Virus record (IMG/VR): IMGVR_UViG_3300027914_001343
Location: 32,001-96,000 of that record
DNA length: 64,000 nucleotides
Source of the DNA: a virus
Taxonomy: Duplodnaviria; Caudoviricetes
Strand: one strand, 5' to 3'
Both the position numbers and the translations under genes were made by a program. This document shows, piece after piece, positions 56,580 through 64,000 of this stretch (the first letter of the stretch is position 1; each line of letters starts with the position of its first letter). The notes below the pieces were generated by a model that saw only the letters and a program-made list of their open reading frames with translations, was not told the origin of the DNA and did no database searches.

Positions 56580-57815
56580 ATGGGTAAGTCCATTAAAGGG
56601 GTCTTTGAGTCCGAATGTTCAGATTTCGTCGCTGATGCTTCGTTCGCAAAGAGGCTTCGGCTTTACGTTGTAGGTTTTACTAATAAGAACCAAGACCATA
56701 TTGCGTTCTTCGGAGGTAACCTGCTTGGCGTACAGGTAGTGAGGTTTACTGATCACGATCGTGATACATTCTTTAACGAGATTGTAGAGGTAGATGACGG
56801 TCCTCTTGAGGATCGCCTACTCGACCTTCCGACCGTGAATGAGAACTTCAGCGTTTCTAGCGACACCATGAACCTTACGTGTGCGTGGTTGCTGAACAAA
56901 ATTTACGAAAGCAAGGTTCTTACTAAAGAGGCACAACACCAAGCAATGATTGATATTGCCTTGGTCTTGCAATTCAAGTTTTTGACAAGCCGTCTGTATC
57001 GACACTTCAGATACCCAGCAGAAAAAAGTGTGGCTGAAGCCACCTATGCTGAGCTGTCCAATAAGTACGATATCAAACGTTACGGTAACTGGCTGGCGCT
57101 GTTTATTGCCAGAGCCGAAGCACTTATTTCGTCGGACAGTATCCACTATCGCGCTATCACGAAAATGGATGATGATGGAGACGTTATTTACTTGTTGAAC
57201 GATACTCAAGGTCGTATCCGAGACATGTTGAAAAACATTTACGATGTTTTCCTGCGCGTCCATCATCAAGGAAGCAGGATTGTTTCAGAAGCAGCCGTTA
57301 TTGACCATGATGGCGAACAAATTCTGAAAGACAAGACTCGTAGCCTTCCTCAGTACGAACGTTACATCAACAGTATCGTAACGGATAAGAATTCTTTTAT
57401 CCGCGAAGAATTGACAAAGATTATTGAGAAATTAGTACATACACTGCCGCCTCGGCTGTTCAGACATTCGTTGGAATGGATGTCCGATAACTATCGGCAA
57501 CGCGGCGCAACAGAAGTAGAAGAAGTGCTTGGTGCGACTCTCGTACATGCGTTTGAGTATTTTTCTGACAACCGCACGTTCGTTAAGAACACCAAAAACC
57601 TTCCAGAACTTCTTGGGAGACTCAAGGGAGTCTACATGAGTTCTCGTTCAACAGATCCATCGTTGCTTGAACTTCGTGAAAAAGTAGAGAAGATTGTGAA
57701 AACAGCAACAGGAAACAAAAACCCTAGCACAATTGCGGCAGTTAGAACAGGCGTGCTGTTGTATGTGGTTTTGCGTTCCATCACCATGCATCATTACGCT
57801 TCTATTGCCGCTTAA
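56580..57815 (+). CDS. conserved Chimalliviridae protein
   Basis: 411 aa with GAGGA SD. 'FFGGNLLGV' motif. Confidence 0.65.
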   Translation: MGKSIKGVFESECSDFVADASFAKRLRLYVVGFTNKNQDHIAFFGGNLLGVQVVRFTDHDRDTFFNEIVEVDDGPLEDRLLDLPTVNENFSVSSDTMNLTCAWLLNKIYESKVLTKEAQHQAMIDIALVLQFKFLTSRLYRHFRYPAEKSVAEATYAELSNKYDIKRYGNWLALFIARAEALISSDSIHYRAITKMDDDGDVIYLLNDTQGRIRDMLKNIYDVFLRVHHQGSRIVSEAAVIDHDGEQILKDKTRSLPQYERYINSIVTDKNSFIREELTKIIEKLVHTLPPRLFRHSLEWMSDNYRQRGATEVEEVLGATLVHAFEYFSDNRTFVKNTKNLPELLGRLKGVYMSSRSTDPSLLELREKVEKIVKTATGNKNPSTIAAVRTGVLLYVVLRSITMHHYASIAA

Positions 57816-57832
57816 CAAAGTGGTTAATAAAA

Positions 57833-58228
57833 ATGCTTGGACTTTTAAAACGATTTCTATCGTTTGGGTATTCTCGTTTAGAAAACTTGAAGGGTAAAAG
57901 GGTTTTCGAAAAGCAACACAGTCTGAGTGTTAGTAATAGCGTCAAAGTGATTTCGGTAGACGAAACGAGTGTCACAATCTTTGTCACTAGGACGGATTGG
58001 TTTTATCGGTACTCGTTGTGGTTACTACCTAAGAAAAAATTCTCAACGTTTAAGGTCTCTTCGTTTGCAAGTCACAACGCAAGCCAAAGACTTATTGATG
58101 TGTGTGAATTGGAAATCACTATCCCTGCACTTCTACCATGGTTTTTTAGTGATGAAATGCAGGCAGACGCTGTTGTGATGGCGTACGTAGACGTGTTGTT
58201 TGAGCGAATGAAGAAAGCCGGTCTTTAA
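57833..58228 (+). CDS. hypothetical protein
   Basis: 131 aa, ending at a terminator. Confidence 0.55.
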   Translation: MLGLLKRFLSFGYSRLENLKGKRVFEKQHSLSVSNSVKVISVDETSVTIFVTRTDWFYRYSLWLLPKKKFSTFKVSSFASHNASQRLIDVCELEITIPALLPWFFSDEMQADAVVMAYVDVLFERMKKAGL

Positions 58229-58234
58229 TAGGCA

Positions 58235-58269
58235 GCATATCGGCCAGGCGAAAGCCTGGCCTTTATGCC
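58235..58269. terminator. bidirectional hairpin terminator (repeat family)
   Basis: gcatatcggccaggc-gaaa-gcctggcctttatgc. Confidence 0.8.
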
Positions 58270-60504
58270 TTACCCGTACGTACGACGATCACTAAAGAGA
58301 CCTTCACTAAACGAAATACGTTCCACTGCATGTCTAGGCGCAGTAAGACTTACTTCGTTATTCCCCCACTGGCGCTCGTAAGCGTCGTAGTTTCTACCAC
58401 GACCACGACGTGCCTCAGATGCTTTTCTAATAAGCTCATCGACACTGAACATTTCTCCATCCTCAAGAATAATTTTCCTTTCAAGAGAACGAAGCTCGTG
58501 TTCAATTCGAGCACAGAGGAAAGTATCACGTTCGCCAATCAGTTCCTTCTGAAGATCTTCAATACGTTCACGAAGATATTTCTGCTCAGCAGCTATTTCA
58601 AGTTCTTCGTAACTAAGTTCCTTTTGTGTTCGAATAGCTGAACCAATTTTGGTAATATCAATACCATAGAAGGACAGATTCTTACCTTGAGTAAGGAACC
58701 AATGTGTAAGCAACCAAGCGATCACCATATCGTCGTGTTCACCAACCTCATGGTCAATACGACCGTTTCTGATAACAAGGCCAAGGATCTGATCTACAAG
58801 TGTCTTATCCTTTACCTTAGTACCAGCACGTTTCATAGCTGCCATCAAAACGCTCGAATACAATTCGCCGCGACTGTAACTACCAGAACCAGATGTAGCA
58901 AAACCAAAAGTCTTCTTGTAACGAACGTAGATGTCTGTAGGACGACGATTCATCGGTTGCTTGATTTCACGATAACGTTCCGGGAATTCATCGTATTCAT
59001 TCACAACGCGATTGAACAGACGCTTGAACGGATCAATCCCGTAGCTAGGAAGCATGAGCAAGAGATAGTCAAGCAACATACCACCAGTAGAACGACGTTC
59101 AATAATGCCAGTTACGTTTTCGAAACGAACAAGTAACGAGCAGACCCATTTAGCGAGCACGATAAGGTTAGTTTCGTTATACGTACCAGCGCCAATAGTT
59201 TCTAGTGTCTCGACATCAGTAATCAGAAGCGAGATATCGTCACCGCCAGACGCTTCACTAGTATCCATTGTCATCAAGTATTTACCATTAGCCATCCGTT
59301 CTTCAACTTCATCTTCCGGAATATACCAGCGAATAACGTAACCATCAGGTTTGCTGAACTCATTAAAGAGAATACTCTCTACACTCGCCGCAACCATGTC
59401 AGCCATATGTGCAGGAAACGGACTCTTCTCAGTACCGGATGTCCAAATGTTGAAATAATCTCGGTTAGCGTCCTCACCAGTCTGGAGAGATTCTTCAAGT
59501 TTACGAGCAAGCCATTCGTCAGTCTTACCTAGTTGACGATGGTTAAACGTACCGTTAATCATCAGCTTCTTGGCACGAGATGCACCACGAACACGCTTAG
59601 CGAGCTCTTCAGCATTCTTGGAATCAAGAAACGCCTCATCCCAAACAGCAGCATCAGAAACAAGTCCATAAACGAACTTGCCGTCCTTGTCGTCCTTCTT
59701 ACCAGCGGTAGTAGTAAGGATAACACCATACGGGGATTTGTTCTTAATAGCTGCTTCAATAGCAGCACCAGTAGCCGCCAAAGCAGCAGGAAGAGCAATA
59801 GCGATATTTGGCTGGAATGGTGCTTCGTCAATATGCATGATTGGACTAGTCAGACCGCGACCAAGCAGCAGAGCACGCTTCGGGGACATTTGCGGTACGT
59901 GAGTCTTGTACGTGTTCTTGAACGTGTTGACGGTAATTTCTTCACCGTTATTCGCATCATCATGTCGCCTAAACTGCAAATAGAACGGAAGTTCTTCAGC
60001 GATGTCTTTAAGACGCTGGATGTTGGCACGCCGAAGCGTATCGTCCTTAGTCAAAAGGTTGATTTGTGTGGACTGACAGAGAACATTCATCAGCAACCGC
60101 ATCAACACGTCAGTACTGAAAGACTTACCAGTCTGACGAGGTTGAATCAGAATAAAGAAAATGTGATTAAAGAAAGACCAGTACAGTGCGATGTTGGCAC
60201 GATTAGCCTCCATCATTACTGGGTCAGTACCAGCAAGTGCCGGCGCTCTAGCAATCTCTCGGAAGAAATACCAGGGGTTGATTTTGCACTCAACAGAGAT
60301 GGCAGTGATTTGTTCTTCAGTGAGGTCCGGATCGTAAGGATCTACGCCTTGGAGAGACGGGTTAATAAGCGCCAAAAGAAATGCGTGGTTTTTGATACCC
60401 ATTGACTTGTAAACAGCAGCTAAGCGAACAAAGCTTTTGTTTTTAGTATTGATATCGATTATTGCGGACGGGTATTTTGCCCAATCCTCTTCGAATAAGA
60501 TCAT
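58270..60504 (-). CDS. terL: terminase large subunit (phiKZ gp25-like)
   Basis: Walker A PRQTGKS, Walker B MHIDE, TTT coupling motif, RNase H-like MDTSE..DD and HDDMV. Start moved to ATG 60504 (GGAGG SD). Confidence 0.92.
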   Translation of the reverse strand: MILFEEDWAKYPSAIIDINTKNKSFVRLAAVYKSMGIKNHAFLLALINPSLQGVDPYDPDLTEEQITAISVECKINPWYFFREIARAPALAGTDPVMMEANRANIALYWSFFNHIFFILIQPRQTGKSFSTDVLMRLLMNVLCQSTQINLLTKDDTLRRANIQRLKDIAEELPFYLQFRRHDDANNGEEITVNTFKNTYKTHVPQMSPKRALLLGRGLTSPIMHIDEAPFQPNIAIALPAALAATGAAIEAAIKNKSPYGVILTTTAGKKDDKDGKFVYGLVSDAAVWDEAFLDSKNAEELAKRVRGASRAKKLMINGTFNHRQLGKTDEWLARKLEESLQTGEDANRDYFNIWTSGTEKSPFPAHMADMVAASVESILFNEFSKPDGYVIRWYIPEDEVEERMANGKYLMTMDTSEASGGDDISLLITDVETLETIGAGTYNETNLIVLAKWVCSLLVRFENVTGIIERRSTGGMLLDYLLLMLPSYGIDPFKRLFNRVVNEYDEFPERYREIKQPMNRRPTDIYVRYKKTFGFATSGSGSYSRGELYSSVLMAAMKRAGTKVKDKTLVDQILGLVIRNGRIDHEVGEHDDMVIAWLLTHWFLTQGKNLSFYGIDITKIGSAIRTQKELSYEELEIAAEQKYLRERIEDLQKELIGERDTFLCARIEHELRSLERKIILEDGEMFSVDELIRKASEARRGRGRNYDAYERQWGNNEVSLTAPRHAVERISFSEGLFSDRRTYG

Positions 60505-60564
60505 AAGTGCCTCCAATGACCGAAATAAAAATATATAGTCATAGAGTGTATGTTTTTTACAACA

Positions 60565-60596
60565 GCATAGTGGCTGGGTTTTACCCCAGCCACTAG
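60565..60596 (-). terminator. hairpin terminator
   Basis: tagtggctggg/cccagccacta followed by TATGC on the minus strand. Confidence 0.7.
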
Positions 60597-60601
60597 TAGG
60601 A

Positions 60602-62299
60602 TTACAACGGCGGCATTTCGAGAGCCTCCCAAACATTCATACCCGCCACAGAAAGAATCAAATCTGTTTCGGTAGTACGTTTGAAGAACTTAATGAAAAC
60701 AGAATCGGTATTAGCCAATGCCACGTTTTCGATGGTCAGATCTTGATTCCACTGACTGATGTGGAACTCAAATTCGTTACTGCCAATGATAATAGAAAAC
60801 ATGTTTGGAACAGGTGCTTCTGTTTCATAGTCAGTATCGAAGAGTGGTTTAGTGCGATACATCACTTTGTCAAGCCATGCCTCAAACACAGTCTCATTTT
60901 GACTGATATTGAGATACTTGAGGTTAGCATTAACGAAAGTCATTAATGCAAATGTATCGCGTCCGTATTGCGGGTTCTGATTACTTTCGAAGCCAACACC
61001 CCAATTACTACCTGACTGATCGTCAGCTGGACGAAGCAACATGATTTCCAGCGTTTGCGTATGAACGTACTTCTTGTAAATACCGTTCACGTCATTCAGA
61101 TCAATAGACACAGACACCTTTTGGTTTGCGCCGTAATTGATAGGATTGAAAGCCGCCGTATTTTCATTGAACTTGACATACGGAGTAGCACGATAGAAAA
61201 CATTACGATCGAGATTAAGCAGGAACCATTCCAGACGATAACCATTCACGGCGTCGATCCAGACCGGATACCCAAAGAGCTTGACACTGTAAGCGCCATC
61301 TGCTTTCTGTGTAATTGCTTGATACGACTTAGTGATGAACTTCTCGTTGGTGACGGTAGCACCATAGACGATTTCATTATCAGCCAAGTTGTACTTGAGA
61401 ACAAGCGGCGTCTTCTGACCGACGATAGTGGAAACATAGTTGTCGAGACCAAAGATCTGGAACTTGCTGCCGTCTACCGGATACCGTTTCTTGGTGCCAT
61501 CGCTATAATGTACAACGCCATACAGACTGAACGATGATTTCGGAACGTTGATCGGGTACTGAATGAGTTGCTGGTTCGATTCAGACAGGAAAGGTGTTTC
61601 GAGTGTGATGTCCTTGATGTACTTCTCGCTTGCGTCAGCAGCGCGAATAAAGGACGTTTCCTTCACAATCACCTGTGTGATGCTTACAGGTGCGCCAGTG
61701 TCAGAATAGAAGATAACTTCCAACACTTCGCCATCGACCAAATCCTGCGCGGTATTACAAACCTTGACAACCTTCACCAGATCGGCTTCATCAGCAGAAA
61801 CTTTTTCCAATGGCACGTTCTGACCAATGAGAACACCATTGGAATCATAGAACGCGCTTACAACAGTCCCAGTGCCGGCGATCGTGCTTTCGCGGAAGAT
61901 CTTGGCAAACGAACAGAGATTACCAGAAACAGTCAGGCGAGCATCGATAGCGAGTGTATTCGGGATAACACTCTTATCGACATAGGCGCGGAAAGTAGTT
62001 GCTGGGGTTGCTGTAGCTGGACCAATAAGGCGGTCGTACTTCGACAACGTATCTGTTTTCACAGCACCAGTAATTTCTTCGAGTACAGGAATCAAAGTGG
62101 TGATGTCAATCGAAGTAACCTTGAACCACTGTTGCGTGTCAGTATCGACCACGTAATCGCGCACCTTAGGCACGTACTTACCACTACCAATTCCGCCGAG
62201 AAAGATCTCGAACATGGCCCAAATGTGCCATACCCCATCGGGTTCATAGTTGGGGACGATACCGTCGGTCCCCGCTACCAAAGACAGAGTGTCAGCCAT
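60602..62299 (-). CDS. virion structural protein (phiKZ gp26-like)
   Basis: 565 aa, beta-rich, adjacent to terL. GGAGG SD. Confidence 0.7.
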   Translation of the reverse strand: MADTLSLVAGTDGIVPNYEPDGVWHIWAMFEIFLGGIGSGKYVPKVRDYVVDTDTQQWFKVTSIDITTLIPVLEEITGAVKTDTLSKYDRLIGPATATPATTFRAYVDKSVIPNTLAIDARLTVSGNLCSFAKIFRESTIAGTGTVVSAFYDSNGVLIGQNVPLEKVSADEADLVKVVKVCNTAQDLVDGEVLEVIFYSDTGAPVSITQVIVKETSFIRAADASEKYIKDITLETPFLSESNQQLIQYPINVPKSSFSLYGVVHYSDGTKKRYPVDGSKFQIFGLDNYVSTIVGQKTPLVLKYNLADNEIVYGATVTNEKFITKSYQAITQKADGAYSVKLFGYPVWIDAVNGYRLEWFLLNLDRNVFYRATPYVKFNENTAAFNPINYGANQKVSVSIDLNDVNGIYKKYVHTQTLEIMLLRPADDQSGSNWGVGFESNQNPQYGRDTFALMTFVNANLKYLNISQNETVFEAWLDKVMYRTKPLFDTDYETEAPVPNMFSIIIGSNEFEFHISQWNQDLTIENVALANTDSVFIKFFKRTTETDLILSVAGMNVWEALEMPPL

Positions 62300-62302
62300 T
62301 GG

Positions 62303-64000
62303 TTAATCCTCCAAGCCATAGTTTTTAATACGCAGATACATGGACGTATCAACCTTTCCCTTCATGTAGTAATCCACTACTCGCAGAATAAACTTCATGT
62401 GGTAAATGTCCAGCTCTACAACAGTAAAGAGATTGTGTGGGTGTACCACTACGTACCGATCGTCAATTTGGTTAGCTTCTTGAGTAGGATCAAACTCAAG
62501 CAACCATTCGTAACTAGCACACAACTCAGCAACAAGTGAGTCGTTATAGTGTTGCAACAAACGATTGTCAGACAAGTAACCGTTATTCAGGTCACTAATG
62601 ATCTTATTCAAGAATGGGCTATAAACCTTGTAACGATCAGTGATGGTAAAGTTCTCAGGCTTCGCCGGGATATCTGAATACATCGTCATGTAGTCAGAAA
62701 CAGCAGCATCAATTACCTTAGCCTTATCGCGCAGCACAAACGTATCAGTAACACCAAATTCCTTAGTAGGAATGATAACGTCACGAATGCAGTAAGGCGC
62801 GCCATTAGCAGCATCAATCTGGACGCCGGTGTCTGTTTCTGCGAACTTCAGAGCATCGCGCGTTTTGATAGCGCCATCAACGACAATACGAATGACGCGG
62901 TCGTCACGAATGTCGAAGCGATCATTATTAGACAACAGACCAAATTGAATAAACCCTACTTCTTCTGGCACCTCGTGCTTAAGGTCAGAATCACAAAGAC
63001 CAGAAACGCGAACCACTACAGCCTGTGCTTTAGTAGATGGGTTATTGAGATATTCCTTATTGAAGATGACCACTTTAGGGAAATCAATTTTGTAATCGAT
63101 ACCTTCAATGATCGGGCGACCCTCGAGGAACAAATCAATGTGGCGACCAGGAATTTGCATAAGCTGAGAATGGACGTTTTCATCACGATAAACATCATGC
63201 GCCAGCGTGAATGTCAAAACACCGTCATTAGCCATCAAGCTGAGTTTATAAGAGAGCACATTATAATCAGAACGAACCAACGTAGCTTTCTTAGTGAAGT
63301 CAACAGCCCACTTAACGGTATTATCATCAATCAAATACATCCCGCCGTGTTCAGTCACGTCTTCCCATTCGTTTGTTGGTAAACCATCAACAATGTCACA
63401 CACATAGAAACGATAATTCCTTTTCGGATCGATCGTTTGATCCTGGACACTGTAGTTTTCATCAAAACTGGTAGACGAAACACCAGGGATGATTTCAACA
63501 TAAGCAGCACCAATATTCCTACATGCGTAAATACTACTCTCGATGTGGTTGTACCAACCAAGAAGTTTCCCAGCCGAATCATACTCGTAACCGGTAGAAT
63601 TCTTCCAAAGTCCATATGGGACATCAACGATTTTCTGACCAGAGCTGAGATAAACTTTACACGGTCCGTCACCAAGTACCTTAGCCATGGCGTTGTAACC
63701 AAGAGCGCTTTCAACTAACGCAGGCGTAATTACACGCGCGTCACTGCGCACAACTTCCGCATAAGCAGATGATTCCAACACATTTGCGCGCCACACTTCG
63801 TTGGTAGAATTAACACCAACCATAGCGTTGAGACGTTTCGCGTACGGAAGTTTCATCAATTCAGCAATACGGTTGTTCTCGTAAACCAACGTTTGTGAAC
63901 GACCGCCTTTACGAACAAAGACTTTGAGTTTAAGAAGATCAGCTTCTGGCCAAGCGTTAGCTACTGTGAGAGCATCGATATACGAGATACCGATGGAATA
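62303..64000 (-). CDS. virion structural protein (phiKZ gp27-like), 5' end outside the window
   Basis: The frame stays open to the window edge. Synteny with gp26 and terL. Confidence 0.7.
   Translation of the reverse strand, partial: YSIGISYIDALTVANAWPEADLLKLKVFVRKGGRSQTLVYENNRIAELMKLPYAKRLNAMVGVNSTNEVWRANVLESSAYAEVVRSDARVITPALVESALGYNAMAKVLGDGPCKVYLSSGQKIVDVPYGLWKNSTGYEYDSAGKLLGWYNHIESSIYACRNIGAAYVEIIPGVSSTSFDENYSVQDQTIDPKRNYRFYVCDIVDGLPTNEWEDVTEHGGMYLIDDNTVKWAVDFTKKATLVRSDYNVLSYKLSLMANDGVLTFTLAHDVYRDENVHSQLMQIPGRHIDLFLEGRPIIEGIDYKIDFPKVVIFNKEYLNNPSTKAQAVVVRVSGLCDSDLKHEVPEEVGFIQFGLLSNNDRFDIRDDRVIRIVVDGAIKTRDALKFAETDTGVQIDAANGAPYCIRDVIIPTKEFGVTDTFVLRDKAKVIDAAVSDYMTMYSDIPAKPENFTITDRYKVYSPFLNKIISDLNNGYLSDNRLLQHYNDSLVAELCASYEWLLEFDPTQEANQIDDRYVVVHPHNLFTVVELDIYHMKFILRVVDYYMKGKVDTSMYLRIKNYGLED

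Noticed and set aside
46230-58269. GCCAGGC repeats as CRISPR, REP or IS ends
   Set aside because: They are dispersed single copies at gene ends with no spacers, cas genes or transposase, and are best explained as terminators.

Overview
This 64-kb window comes from a nucleus-forming, phiKZ-like jumbo phage (Chimalliviridae). It holds the conserved core block: inner-head and virion proteins, both halves of a split family-B DNA polymerase, one virion-RNAP beta' fragment, four non-virion RNAP subunits, an SF2 helicase, an SbcD/Mre11 nuclease, the nucleus module (chimallin ChmA, PicA-like, ChmC-like, gp70-like), PhuZ tubulin and the large terminase. Small accessory islands carry a Nudix hydrolase, an acidic protein, a GH19 endolysin, a DarG-like macrodomain, an SNase and a LamG-like protein. 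phiKZ gp numbers come from my recollection of synteny and motifs, not from a database search. The most notable unexplained signals are: (1) a ~340-nt structured non-coding RNA at 48482-48821 (-) whose loops are complementary to the phage's own Shine-Dalgarno motifs; (2) a probable programmed -1 frameshift at T TTT TTT (22715-22721) fusing the gp77-like ORF to the next ORF; (3) an NFGRGG motif shared by the chimallin tail and the gp70-like tail; (4) a second ~270-nt structured RNA behind phuZ; (5) a hairpin-rich non-coding region at ~55.6-55.9 kb; (6) a family of hairpin+TATG terminators. I saw no tRNA, rRNA, CRISPR array, intron or intein.
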